Below the pieces are notes generated by a model. That model searched no databases, had not been told where the DNA came from, and saw only the letters and a program-made list of their open reading frames with translations. Below, piece after piece: positions 1 to 12,900 of a DNA stretch of 64,000 bases (position 1 is the first letter of the stretch; the number at the start of each line of letters is the position of its first letter). The DNA comes from Marsupella aquatica. Taxonomy: Eukaryota > Plantae > Marchantiophyta. The stretch covers positions 18,239,292 through 18,303,291 of the forward strand of contig OZ316898.1 of assembly GCA_973895155.1 (NCBI GenBank), read 5' to 3'. Made by a program: the position numbers and the translations under genes.

Positions 1-191
1 TTAATAGTTGCCGTTGGGAATACCGGTGATCTGCGACGGCACTTGTCTTATATTACATTTACTTGGTGGGTAGGCCATTTCTCCTGGCACGCTTGTGCCC
101 GTTGCCTTCTGGGCCTGCCCCTCTCCGTTCCGCTGTGTATATTACTTCCCCCATTCGGGAAGTCTAATTAAGTTTTACAGAAACTTCCACA
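1..191 (+). repeat. 5' LTR (partial) of the copia element
   Basis: Ends ...TTCCACA directly before the PBS; 191/191 identical by eye to the 3' LTR. Confidence 0.95.
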
Positions 192-243
192 TGGTATCAG
201 AGCAGAGTAATTCTTAGAGTCCTCGCACAGCAAGGAACTCACC

Positions 244-3200
244 ATGTCTTCTTCCGATGCTACGAAGATTTCATTCTCTGATAGCGATAAGTTAGTGGGT
301 AATTAGAATTACACCATCTGGGCATTTCACGTCGAACAGATCCTCAGAGAGAAGGATCTATGGTACATTGTTGATCCAGCTGCTGTCCAGGCCACGTCTC
401 AGACGTCACCTGGAGGCAGCGGACCACCAAGCACTGGCGGACCCTCTTCCACTGGCGGAGCTTCGTCCACCTCGGGATCAACTGTTGGTGGCACTGGAAC
501 TACTCCATCAAGCGGTGGAGGGACCGTTGGCACTAGTTCTGGCACGACTCCAGGATCTGGCACCACCGGTCCCCTCACTCATGCTGGAGTCACGGCCACT
601 GTTCACCCCGACACACAGAAGCACAAGGAACGGGTAATTATAATACTCACTAAAACTGTCACTGCCTCCATCTTTCCCATTGTCAGTAGGATACGCACTG
701 ACCCTGCCAAGCTGTGGGCCACGCTCAAGAAGAAGTACGAATCTTCTGCCATTCAACGCAAGCTAGACCTCAAGACAGCTCTCATTGAGCTCAAGCTGTC
801 TGAAGGAGCATCGATTGAGGACTACCTCAAAAGGGTGGAACATCACGTGATGGAGCTAGCCTCAATCGGAGAAGAAATTCCCGATAAGGAGCTCATTCAG
901 ATTGTTTTGAGGAATCTCCCTGATAGTTGGTCGTCGTTTATATCTGTGTATGGAGTAATGTACTCGAAGGACACACAAGCTACGTTTGCAGATCTCGAGG
1001 AGTACCTACAAGCAGAGGAATTTCGTCGCAGGATCCGCAATGGAGAACCCAAGGAGCAATCGCTCATTGCAGCAGCATATGATCATCGACGAGATGGCGG
1101 CAGAGGAGGCCGAGGCCGTGGCCGGTTCAATCGGTGGGGCCCTCGACGCGACCCTGGCAGACGAGACCCTGGCAGGCCAGCCCCTGACAGGAGAGGGGAT
1201 GTGTGCAACTACTGCGGGAAGAGAGGACACTGGGAACCAGACTGCTTTGAGAAACTTGCTCACGTTGAGATGAAGTCCATGAGTGGAGCCCAGATGCGGG
1301 AGCTCTCACAGAGCATCAAGGACATAAAGGGTCTTGGTCCTAAGTCCTTCTTTGCTGTCCAGGGCGACATCGGGGACAGTAGCCCTGACAAAGCTGATGG
1401 CGGTGGTGAAGATCTAACGGCTCTTACTGTAGAAGCCATGCTTAGCGAGTTTGAAAAAGGTAGTTCAAACAATCAGACTTGGATTTTGGATAGTGGAGCT
1501 TCAGCCCACATTAGTCACGATAAGACTAGCTTTGCTTCACTTAGCAGCACTCCATCCACCTCAAACGTCCTGACGGCCAATGGCTCTAAAATGCCTGTCT
1601 CAGGATCCGGATGTATTTCTCTTTCAAAGAATAAAACCATCTCTGATGTTCTTTACGTGCCGAGTGTTACCAGAAATCTGATCTCAGTCGGAAAGCTCAC
1701 CGACCAGGGACATAATGTCCTATTCAATTCCACACATTGCTATGTCTTAGATAAGCATTCTCCATTCACTGTTAGACTCAGAGGTACAAGGGATCCATCC
1801 AGTAAGCTGTATAAGCTCCAGGCCCCGTCTATGTCACCGATCAAGCAAGGCTCGGCTCAACTCAACAAGAATTTTATTCTCCACCCAAAGGTAGCGGCTC
1901 AGTGCAACCTTGCTGAACCTCGACTATCTCAACATGATCTTTGGCATCAGCGTTTAGGCCACTCGAGCTCTCAGCGCATTACGTACATGACTCGCAACAA
2001 ACTCATTGTTGGGGCTCCTCTACTCGCGCTCTCCACGCATGTTTGTGACACCTGCGTACATGGGAAGCAAACTCGACAACGAATCCCTAAGGCGGCCACC
2101 TTCAGAGCAACACGGCCTCTGGAGTTAGTTCATTCTGATCTTTGTGGGCCTCTCCCCGTCTCATCTATTTCCGGAGCCAGGTATGTTATCACATTTACTG
2201 ATGACTACTCTCGTTATACGTGGGTCTACTTTCTGAAGTATAAGAGTCAAGCTCTTGATACATTTAAAGTCTTCAAGCAACGAATTGAGACGTCACTTGG
2301 GTGCAAATTATCCTGCCTTCGCAGTGATAGAGGAGGAGAATACACGTCTGAATTATTTTGTTCTTTTTGCGATCTACATGGCATCACTCGCCAGCTCACT
2401 GTAGCTGGAACACCTCATCAAAACGGAGTGGCCGAGAGAAAAAATAGAACTTTGCTTGAAATGGTCCGTAGTCTATCACTTGGGTCTAATGCTCCTGCCA
2501 TTCTCTGGGCGGAAATATTACAAACGGCCAACTACATCAACAATCGATGCAGTACTAGGGCTCTTAATCTGTCTACTCCGTTTGAATGTCTCACTCTGAC
2601 CAAACCAGACGTAAGTCATTTCAGAATTATTGGTAGCACTGCTCATGTCCATATCCCCAAAGAAATGCGCAATAAGCTGGGATCCAAGTCTATAAAGTGC
2701 GTACTCATAGGATATGACGAACAGAGTAAGGCCTATCGCTGCTTCAATCCTTCCACTCGTCAGATACTTGTCTCAAGAGACGTCATTATTGATGAGGCCA
2801 CTCCAGGGGACTTCTCCCGATCAGTCAGTGAGAATAGAGAGAGTCTGTATGACTTGGTCTCATTTGCCGACATTGGTTCAAGCTTGTCCCATGTGGACAC
2901 TACTGTCTCTCACACTACTAACGACTCTGATTCAACTGCTGCTGCTGATTCTACCACGTCAATACAAGATACCCCTTTAGAGGAGGCCTCTCAGGAACTC
3001 GATAATACACCTCCAGAGGAGGTCTCTCAGGAACCTGCTACGACTCCTTCTGACTCTGACATAAGCTATCCACCTGCTCATGAGTCTCGCCCGGTTCGCC
3101 GTGCACGTCAAAGAAGTCTCCAGCGAAGTCTTGAGAGAACTCGGCCCCCATCCGGGAGAATCACTTCTCTTCCCTACAAATATTCAGATTTCCACATTTA

Positions 3201-4947
3201 CTTGTCCACTGAGCATGCTAACGACTGTCTTGCCATGTTAGCTGACTCGGCTAATGACATCCAGCTTAGCGACGCATTGGTTGACCCGCGCTGGGTAGCT
3301 GCCATGCAACTAGAACTCCTTGCTCATGAGAAGAATGGAACCTGGGAGCTAGTTGAGCTTCCCCCGGGCGAGAAAGCACTGTCAGCTAGGTGGGTGCTTC
3401 GAGAAAAGATCGACCATGCTGGCAAAACCAAGTTCAAGGCACGAGTGGTAGCACGTGGAAATGAGCAAGTTGAAGGCCTAGACTATGAAGAGACGTTTGC
3501 CCCGGTAGTCCGATGGTCAACAGTTCGCATCATCGTTGCTCTGGCTGCTATGTTCGGATGGCCACTATTTCACATGGACGTAGTGACAGCATTTCTCAAT
3601 AGCATGCTTAAAGAAACCATCTACATGAGACAGCCCCCGGGATTTCTCAAACAGGGACAACGCGTGCTAGTGTGCAGATTGAGACGCTCGATCTATGGGC
3701 TCAAGCAAAGTCCCAGGGCATGGTATGAAGAAGTTGATTCCTTCTTAAGATCAGTCGGCTGTGTGCAAAGTTCGCTAGATCCCAATCTCTACTTTAAGCA
3801 AGAGGGAGACAAGACAGCCATCGTTCTACTCTTTGTAGACGACTTGCTGATCACCGGTAGCGGCTCAAAACTCATTGCCGAACTCAAACATCAACTACAG
3901 TCCAAGTATGAGATGAAAGACCTTGGCACTGCCAAACACTACCTGGGAGTCGATTTTCACAACTCAGAAAAGGGAATTCTATTGCACCAGCAACCTTATG
4001 CTAATCAACTGGTGCTCGACCTTGGAATGGAGAACTGCCGCCCAGTCTCTACTCCACTCCCTGAGAGCTTGGAGTTATCTTCTGAAACTAGCACTCCAGA
4101 TATAGATGTCACGACCTATTGCAGACTAGTTGGCAAGCTAATCTATCTTACTCACACCAGACCTGATGTCTCCTTTGCCGTAGGCCTAGTAAGCAGGTTT
4201 ATGAGCCAACCTCAACAAGCACACTATGACGCAGCTGTGCACATTGTAAGGTACATCAAAGGCACCACCGACTATGGAGTCTTCTATAAAAAAGGAGGGG
4301 AGCTGGATCTACAAGGGTACACTGACTCCGACTGGGGTAATTCTTGTCCCGACACCCGAAGGTCAACTGGAGGATACATTTACCAGATAGCAGGGGGACC
4401 AGTGACCTGGAGTAGTAAGCGTCAGCCAACAGTATCTCGCTCCACCACTGAAGCCGAATATCGAGCCTTGTCGGACGGAGCCCAAGAGGGAGTCTATCTG
4501 AAACGTCTAGTAGAGGAACTACAGCAGCATGCGATCAGTCCCACAAACCTCAAATGTAAAAATGCAGACATAGCACATGATCTGAGGGAGTCATCCATTC
4601 CCACTCAACAGGATTTACACATACATTGTGATAACATGAGCTCCATCAAGCTTGCGAAGAACCCAGTATTTCATGCGAGGACGAAGCATCTCGAAATACA
4701 CCATCACTTTATCAGGGAGAGAGTACTTGATGGAGAAATCTCTGTTCAACATATCAAGTCTGAAGACCAGGTCGCTGACATACTCACAAAGGTGCTCTCG
4801 AAGGCCAAGTTCGACAAAAATCGAGATTACTTAGGGATGAAATCCTTGACTCAACTTGAGTCAGCGGGATCCTCGTCCTTACGACGGTACTCACATCTTT
4901 TTACAGCACCTATTTTAGATCATTCTCTCCTAGACCTAACAAACTAG
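244..4947 (+). CDS. Copia Gag-Pol polyprotein with one in-frame TAG at 304-306
   Basis: ATG 244 gives MSSSDATKISFSDSDKLVGN*NYTIWAF..LREKDLWYIV (copia gag N-terminus), in the same frame as ORF 835-4947. Motifs: zinc knuckle CNYCGKRGHWEPDC, protease WILDSGAS, LWHQRLGH, integrase VHSDLCGP/RSDRGGEY/NGVAERKNRT, RT LFVDD, RNase H GYTDSDWG. Confidence 0.93.
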
Positions 4948-4951
4948 AATG

Positions 4952-5302
4952 TCAGCGAAATCTACCTACATCGCGATCTATGTACGCCTCCGCTTCCTGC
5001 CTAGTCCTGAAGGATTTGAATTTATTCTCACGAAATCCATTCACTAGGGGCTCTACCTCATCCCAGGGCGTGGATATTCCTGGGCGCCTCCCCCATGCCA
5101 CGGCATAGTATCTCCGCGACATCTCAACTGCGCCAGCATGTAACTGCACTGGTAGCGGCTCAACATCGACATTCACCATTGGTGATCGCTTCAGAAGGTC
5201 ACTTGGTGGCACTTCTGGAAGCTGCCGACCATTCTCTTCTCCATGCTGTTCACTAATCACGCCCCCGATCACACTGTCTCTGGAGCATCGTGCCCTTGGC
5301 AC
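4952..5302 (-). CDS. Antisense ORF inside the copia element encoding an RNase H1 N-terminal hybrid-binding (Cauli_VI/viroplasmin-like) domain
   Basis: YYAVAWGRRPGISTPWDEVEPLVNGFRENKFKSFRTRQEAEAYI matches the consensus YAVxxGRxxGVYxxWxECxxQVxGFxxAxYKxFxTxxEAxxF. It lies between the pol stop and the PPT. The start codon is uncertain. Confidence 0.8.
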   Translation of the reverse strand: MPRARCSRDSVIGGVISEQHGEENGRQLPEVPPSDLLKRSPMVNVDVEPLPVQLHAGAVEMSRRYYAVAWGRRPGISTPWDEVEPLVNGFRENKFKSFRTRQEAEAYIDRDVGRFR

Positions 5303-5586
5303 CTCTTCGATTACCGATTCCGCAGGACCAGTTCTGTCTCGGGTCCTGCATTACGGTTGCCCCTTAACGTATCACATAGAAATCGTGCTACTGCTGATAT
5401 GAACCCCAGCATCGCCAGGAGTAAACACAACGCTGATTCCCGCAAAGAGGCTTCTTCCTGCGCCATTTCTCTTGACGCATCTATGTGGTAGTCTTTTTCG
5501 TAAGAAACATAATGGTGTGCCCCGTGGAGCTACGCTGTCTCTCCCTTGTATCTATCTCTGACCAGCGAAATGCGGTCGAGAGGAGG

Positions 5587-5864
5587 TGTTGGAGATAAGG
5601 ACAAACTGTCCTTATTGGACTCCCTTATTACTCGCTGTTAATTAGATAGTTGCTAACTGTAATTAGGTAGGGATTAATAGTTGCCGTTGGGAATACCGGT
5701 GATCTGCGACGGCACTTGTCTTATATTACATTTACTTGGTGGGTAGGCCATTTCTCCTGGCACGCTTGTGCCCGTTGCCTTCTGGGCCTGCCCCTCTCCG
5801 TTCCGCTGTGTATATTACTTCCCCCATTCGGGAAGTCTAATTAAGTTTTACAGAAACTTCCACA
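5587..5864 (+). repeat. 3' LTR of the copia element (278 bp, TG...CA)
   Basis: Starts TGTTGG after the PPT and ends CCACA; matches the 5' LTR. Confidence 0.95.
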
Positions 5865-5899
5865 ATAACGAGAGAGTTTGATAGATTCATGTGGGGTGT

Positions 5900-6535
5900 A
5901 CTCCGATTGGCTCTGACATACATGCTCGCATACATGAGGTTAGAACCGTTCAGAGTCTATCTCTACAAGACTGATCCAATTCTGAGAATTCTACTCGTGA
6001 GATTATCCTTTCATTAACACGGCCTGAACATGCGTCTGACGTTCAACGTGAGCTACCTTCTCTGCCTCACTCAAGACCACAGCGAGACCTTCGCTTTTCC
6101 CCCTGTCAATACTGCTTCGCTTGTAGACGATCGGAATTCATTGAGCTGTGGATTGCTGATGATTACCATGAGATACCTACACAAGCGATTTCTCTTTGAA
6201 AAAACTAAGACATCGGAATCACCTTCCAAGCCACACCGATCTCAATTGTTCCGGCTCCCCACTGTTGCTCAAACGGCAAGAAGGCTCCGTCTGCTTCTTC
6301 CATTCCATCCGCGGTCAGTAAGTGGATGAACCCAAAGGAAGTAGACGTCGCTTCCATCGGGTCAGCGGGATGACCGATATTAGACTTTCTCGGAAGATAA
6401 CATCCTGATGTTATTTTCCTCAAAAGATCGCTCCCACGCCAAACGGGTCGACCATAAATAATGATAATTTACAAAGTACTGTACTTCAGCAAATATTCTT
6501 TGAAGTTCCCGTGACGAGAGGGTTTTGTAAGCCAC
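5900..6535. repeat. Diverged direct copy of the sequence upstream of gene A (about 14000-14660)
   Basis: Shared blocks: CAGAGTCTATCTCTACAA, CTACTCGTGAGATTA, TCGCTCCCACGCCAAAC, GTGACGAGAGG. Confidence 0.8.
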
Positions 6536-8040
6536 GCTGACAGAGGTGAAAAGGAGTACATTATAGTATCCTCAGGTTCAGTCGATCAAATTTCCTAGAA
6601 TTTTTGTGAACCGAAGTTGAGTGACCTTGTTTTATGTCTTTCCAAATCTAGCTACTAGAGGTTTTTGAAGAACACCTCACGGTAAATTGGTTGATCCTGA
6701 TTGTGTCCTGAGTTTCCCAAGATTGTTGCTCCCTCTGGACCGTTCAGCTGCATCAGCAAAATAACTCTCTGGGTGAGCCTGCCTTTGGCAATCTCCCCGT
6801 AGCTAGCTCTCCGCCAGCTTGTCCTCTCCTCAGTTTGTCCGAGTTTGGCTTTCCTTGGCAGTCTCCTCGAAGCTCTCTGCCAACTTGTCCTCTAGGTCCT
6901 CAATCCTCAAGGGAAGCATGGTTGCATGTACTCGTTTTTCCCTGGGCACTTGGAGACAGGACTTAAGTACAAACAAAGAGAAGCGTTGCAGCAAGGCTAT
7001 GCGTTTCCACCCCCCGCTGGAGATGGGATTTGTTACAAGAAGTTGGCTACAGTCACCCTTATTTTAATGCAAAAAAATGTCAAAAGATACGACAAACTAT
7101 TTCTTGTGCTCGAGGTGATAGATGAGATTTCTTGTGTACGCTGTACTTTCCTTGCAGAATTAGCAGAGGCAGGAAGCTACGATATTCACGGTAAGATCTA
7201 CTATTCAAATCTTTCTGCAGACCTTGAATTCTGGGTGATTTCGGGTGGATAAAGTTGTCAAGCGACATGATACGTGTCTAAACTGGAAAGTCATTAGTCC
7301 CATGTAAAAGGTCATTAAATAAAAACAAATTATTTCTAAAAGGGCAAAATAGTTTCTGTGGAGCAGTTTCTCAGTTGACAGGGGAAATGTCCTCAGGTAA
7401 CATCTGCCAGATCCATGCTCTGGAAGGACCATTGAATCTAAGACATCCACACAGCATTGTGACGTTGCAATTAGTGTCATGTAATTATGACATCTTAGGA
7501 CAGAGCAAGCTAGCATTCAATGTAAGGGTCAACGACAACTGAAAATACGGTACATTACGAACGGAGATCGATGAAATTAAGCAAGAGCTGGATCAGCTTA
7601 TAGACTCGGGCTGATAACGAAGATATTGCATGATCGACAATTGAAAAGTCAAGTTACTTTCGGTACAACAATAGCTAAATTATATGCAATCAAATGCAAT
7701 GCGCAGCCCCCAAAATTGATACTTCCTAACATTCATGAAAACCCTGGTATTTGCACCGTCGGAACCTTTCCATGTTAGCTTGCCACGCAAACTTGGAAAT
7801 GTCAAATATCAAATTTCAATATTCTCCATATAAAATTTCAAAATTTTCCGGCGACAAAAACCTTCATTTTTGTTCTGTTGAAAGCTAGTAGAACAACAAC
7901 GAAGAGTACGCAGTGCAAACCTCCGAGTCCATCTTCAACTGATACACAAGTGTTTTTCAATCCAAGCTTCTGCAATGTTTCAGTAGTACTTCATTTGCTG
8001 GGGAATATTTTCATAAGAGTTTTAATCCTTTTGTTCAGGT

Positions 8041-8165
8041 CAGCGTGTAAAGACTTGTGACTGGAGAGACCAGAAGTGCCCAGATCAGCGTGTAAGGACT
8101 TGTGACTGGAGAGACCAGCAGTGCCCAGGTCAGCGTGAAAAAACTTGACTGGAGAGACCAGAAGA
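8041..8165. repeat. ~45-bp tandem repeat, about 3 copies, at the hydrolase 3' end
   Basis: CAGCGTGTAA.GACTTGTGACTGGAGAGACCAG.AGTGCCCAG repeated. Confidence 0.85.
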
Positions 8166-9426
8166 TAAGCATTTGGATATAAATTGCGTAAGCTTCTCAA
8201 TGACAGGACTGTCGGGACCCTCTGCTTTAGAGACGTCGAAATGATTTGCTGTGGTATCCGTGTAGAAATCATCCATGCCATGTGCAGCCGATGCCGGTGG
8301 AACCACTATGTCTTCGAAGAAATCCTGCGTGGAGGAACCGAGGCCAAGTTACGCTAGTCAGCTCCACAATATTCAAAATTTCGCATGTACTAAGAGGCCT
8401 TTTGAATGACAAAACTAGACAACTATGCACCAGATGACGATGAACTATATACTGTAGTACTAACAATTAGCGTTTGGAAAGCCAGATGGGACATTTGCAA
8501 CAGAAATGTGAGGGCCTCACCCCATAAGCCGTCGTAAGACCCTCACACATCGCGGCTGCCGGTATTTTGAAATCACTTCTGAAGTTGTCGTTGATAATTG
8601 TTGATAATTTAATTTCCTCCAGGAATCTCAGAATCGGACTCGCCCTTGGCAGAAGCTCGCGTCCCAAGTCTGCTAAAGCAGAACCATCATGCGGTGTTCC
8701 GTAGTAGTACAGTCCGCGAATATTGCTGAGGAATTTGTCAATTCTCTCAATCTCCTCTGGAAAGGCATGGAGGCCACGCCTCTCCATCTTCTCTGGCAAG
8801 GCATGGAGGCCGCGTGGCCATATGCCTCGCCGCCTTAATATTCTATCATTAGCAGATAGAACCAATTGCTTGATTATAAGCCCGCCGACACAATGACCTA
8901 CGAGGATCACGGGACAATCCTGGCCGACATTTGCCTTTCCATAGATGACGTCAGCGACAAGATTTTCGCCTAGAGTGTACATATTCAATTCACGTTCATT
9001 CCTTGCAATAGAATTATAACTGACTAATAACATCCGCGCTTGAGAGAAACAATCCATCTTACTGAGCCACTTCTTTGGCCAAATTTCGTTTTGTGAGCCT
9101 CTGACAAGCCAAGTCTTCCAAAATGATTGATCAAAAGCACCCAATTGAAGGCCAGGAAAAAAGACTATATCCAAGGTAGCCTTTCCAGCATCAGGACCGC
9201 ACAGTTTCCAAAGGCTATCATTTATCTGCGACATCGAGTAAACGGATAATATTGTAAATACTAACGTAAGCTCATGTTAGGGAGAAGAGCTTCACTCTGC
9301 TACATCAGGGGGCACTTTCTTTAACTTGAAGCAGCATTTAAAGCGAACACGGGGACAAATACTTTGATCGGCACTGATGTTATAATCGCTAACCTGGGTA
9401 AAGCTGTCCGTTATGTTCGCGGGCAT
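8130..9426 (-). CDS. SERAC1-like alpha/beta-hydrolase (type found at the N-terminus of liverwort Hyd-NLRs), ~310 aa; exons 9426-9394, 9225-8521, 8324-8130
   Basis: Motifs LDIVFFPGL, FWKTW, WPKKWL, PVILVGHCVGGLIIK, YYGTPHDGS. The last exon supplies IVVPPASA..NHFDVSK. GT/AG junctions are phase 0 and in frame. May instead be the C-terminus of gene A. Confidence 0.8.
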
Positions 9427-9947
9427 GATCTCAAGATCTGCAATCACTGAGTCGGAAAATCATGCATCAGTGCGATTCTCCAGTTCTACAAATTGGCAAA
9501 ATCGCAGCTAAAGTTCGATGAGAGCAACTACTCTAGATCCCAAGTTCCCCTCCTCAGTGATCAAATGTACAGTATGTCAACGGACGAGGTAACATCTCTC
9601 GCTTAGAACCCTCTCACTACTGTATGACATGTAGTTCCCTAGACAATTTGGAAGTTCCGGCCATCTCTACTCATCTGGATTAGCCGGGGGACAAGACATG
9701 GAGCTGGTAGCACTCACTCGGTGAATTCACATGACCTATCTGGCTATCTTGTAGGCCTCCAAAGTGAATATCGGTTTGCATCAGGTTGTCAACAATTAGT
9801 AGTGGCGTAGAATTGCTGAAACTATGATCTTCCATGGGCCTAGAACTTGGATTTTGGCTAAGGAATCTTCCAAAAGCATGATCTCAGCTGAATGATGCTT
9901 GAGTTCCAGGGCTAGGACCGCTGCTGACATCTTGGAACAGGATGTCC

Positions 9948-12900
9948 TCAACAGGTGGTGCGCGCAGGAGGGCTAGTAGTGATAGTATCGTCCAACGTGA
10001 TTTCCTCCATAGGTGGTGAAGGTACGTTCACTGCTATAGTTGATATCTTGCATTGGCAATTCGTGGTTGAAGAGCTAGGACTGTCGTTGGTGATGTCATC
10101 CAAACAAGATGTCCTCCCTATGCGGGCGAATGGATGATAACGCACACACAGCCTTCTTAAATGAGATCTAGAATTAGGGTCAGTCGTTTTTCTTTTAATT
10201 TTAAATTCAGGGAAGTAAAGAGGTACTTTTTGTCACTAAGTTTCTGACACATTTACCTCAACCGCCAGACTTGCCTAGCTGAATGAGGTATTGGTAGCCA
10301 GCTAAAATAAAATGACTCATATTTTCATGTAAACTAAAATGCCAGATCAGGGTCTTAACGGATAGCATGTGTAAGTGATCTGAACTGGGAGCATCATTTA
10401 AAAAACATTCCAATCCACAAAATCTTAGTCTTCCTTACCTTGACAAACACTACAATACAGCTTCAAGCTATTGCATGTTTTCTTGATAAACCACAGAGTT
10501 TCAAAACTTGTGGAAGTAAATACAGTACTGTAATTATCTACAAGCCAGTAGGGACATATATGTCCTTGAGATTCTCAAAAAAAGCCCAAAATCAAGCAGA
10601 GAAATAATCAGATTCAACCATTCATACACAAATCCACAACAAATATTTGGTCTACAATCAAACCAGCATCAAACGTTTATATTCGAACACCACATATCAC
10701 AACACAAAAGGTGAAGTTGAATAATTGAGAAAAATACCTGATGGGGGAACACGTTTACGTAAAAGGGCCCACAATATGGAAACGAAAATAGGAACAGCAT
10801 TGGTGAACACGTAGACAAGAATGAAGGTGAGCAGTTCCCTCCAGATGGCCAAGATAATTGAGCTTGCTTCTAAGCCAGCCCTCAAGAAGAGGTCACTCGA
10901 AACATCTTTGGAAAATATGTTATGATGACTTCCATGAGTGCGCTTCCGTACTCCTTGCAAACTTGTCAAGCTTGCAATGATATACAGGATCCATGGGCTT
11001 GGTATCAGGCCCTCCATAACTGTCGAAAATAAAATGGAACTAGGATCAATGACCCATTGAAACACATAAAAATCCTGTGCTCAGAAGAAATTGCAGATCA
11101 ACGATACACTGCAACCTGAGAATGTAGACTTGGCAATGCTATTATGATTGACATAATGAGACATAAGAAAACAGGGATAGAAGAAGATCTAGAGTGATAC
11201 CTGAGAGCCAGTAAGCCTTCCTAACATTCTTGGCTTCACTCTGAAGATTAAAAGTCACCCCTGCATCTACTTCAACAACTTTTGAAGCAGAAATGTAAAC
11301 CTTATCTTGAAACATTGGAGCTGAACATTGAACCAAGTCAGGTTCTTCACACAAGAACACATCTTCCCCATTCTTAGCCTGAACAAAGTAGATGTCATCA
11401 CGTTATCTAAACAAGATGACACATTCAAGTCAACATTTGAGTAGTTTAATGAAATATCCACTCTGTATTATACACAGCAAAGCCATGCAGAAAGTGGCCC
11501 TCTTCTGTTAAATTTGATGTTTATCCTTGCCACGGATGCTATGTTAAAAATCATTTCATGAACTATCCTCTATATAATGAGCTTTGGAGACTTTGTGGAG
11601 CTGCCTTGCAAACACAAAATGTATGACAATTGAGGCGATAACAAATAAATCCTGATGTAAAGACATTGATTGAAATCAAATCACGAACCTTATACTGCTG
11701 TAAGATTTTCAAATTTTCGCACTTATCCATGGTTGCCGCTGTCATTGTGGCTTCTCGAAGATTAACACCTCGAATAGTCCAATGTGTATTCCAACCTGTT
11801 AAAATGACAATGTTTACATTACTCATGTAAGAGCTTACATTCTCAGGTCTGGAGGCTTAGGAATCATTCTGTGTCTATCATTAGTTACGTAGTTATGGAA
11901 ACTGGGCTACAACAGCGGACACATGGCAAGCTATAATAGGTGTGACTTACCACATAGGAAAGCCAGCAAACTACATCGAGATCGATGTATATCCAGAATT
12001 ATTGGTGTCCAATCTTTTTCGAGCTTCCACCATTTTGGGCCAGAATCTGCAAGGAAAATTCTGTGAGAAATATACTACATAATCTTTATTTTCTTTCAAC
12101 AAGTACGGGTAAGATAGGCCACAATGTTTGACCCCAAGGTCGGAACTCTGATGGACTTTTTATCACATTTCCTACTGAGAAAAGATGCTAGCTGATTACA
12201 GATTAGGTACTTGGATGTGGTCCATGTGCATTGCTGTACACAGTCCATCTGAGCATCTTGTCAAACCTGACGGTCCATGGCAGCTTCAGTTTCTTCAAAG
12301 AGATAGAAACCTTGCATCTACTGCATCTACATAAATAACAATGAATTATGTGACATGAAATAGAACAGAAATGCACAACTCATCCACTTTTCTATGTTTG
12401 CCATTTGATTCTAGTATGCTGCCCTAATCTAACTGTATGATCTCAATGTGAACCTACTTTTCAGGGCTTATAGTCTTGAGTGAAGCCTCTAGACTGTGAT
12501 TCTGGGGCGTAACTGAAGTTGAGGGTGCAGGTGGAAATGAAAATGTGAGCAAGGTGAGCCTCAGAAAATGGCGCACAGTGTGAGGAGTGAAAACCAGTTG
12601 AACGTGAATCCCTGAACGAGCTTGAATGCCCTCACATCTATTTACGTTCAAAGAACAAAGAACGAGAGGTCAAGCTAGTCTACCTAACAAAGCACAATTG
12701 AAACCTAGTACAAGTACAAGTGCCTCGACCATGACTCCAGAGGTACAGTCGGAACTGGAAAAGGGCATGATGGCAAAGCTCTGGCATCCACGCTAGTCAT
12801 ATGTAAAACAACATTCTTCACCATGTAGTATTTAAGTTCAAAGCTCTCACTGGCATTCGGGCTAGTCATGTGTAAAACAACATTCATTGACTCACACTGG

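Larger units (their letters stand above)
1..5864 (+). mobile_element. Ty1/copia LTR retrotransposon, very recent insertion (5' LTR cut by the window edge)
   Basis: 1-191 is identical to 5674-5864. PBS TGGTATCAGAGC (tRNA-iMet) at 192-203. Purine tract GAGAGGAGG just before the 3' LTR. Domain order gag-PR-INT-RT-RH. Confidence 0.97.

Noticed and set aside
304-312. Programmed stop-codon readthrough in copia gag
   Set aside because: No CARYYA context, and the position at codon 21 does not separate gag from pol.
6600-7516. Short ORFs and a coiled-coil-like fragment (IEDLEDKLAESFEE) downstream of the hydrolase
   Set aside because: No NB-ARC or other motif found; cannot be assigned as a continuation of the hydrolase gene.
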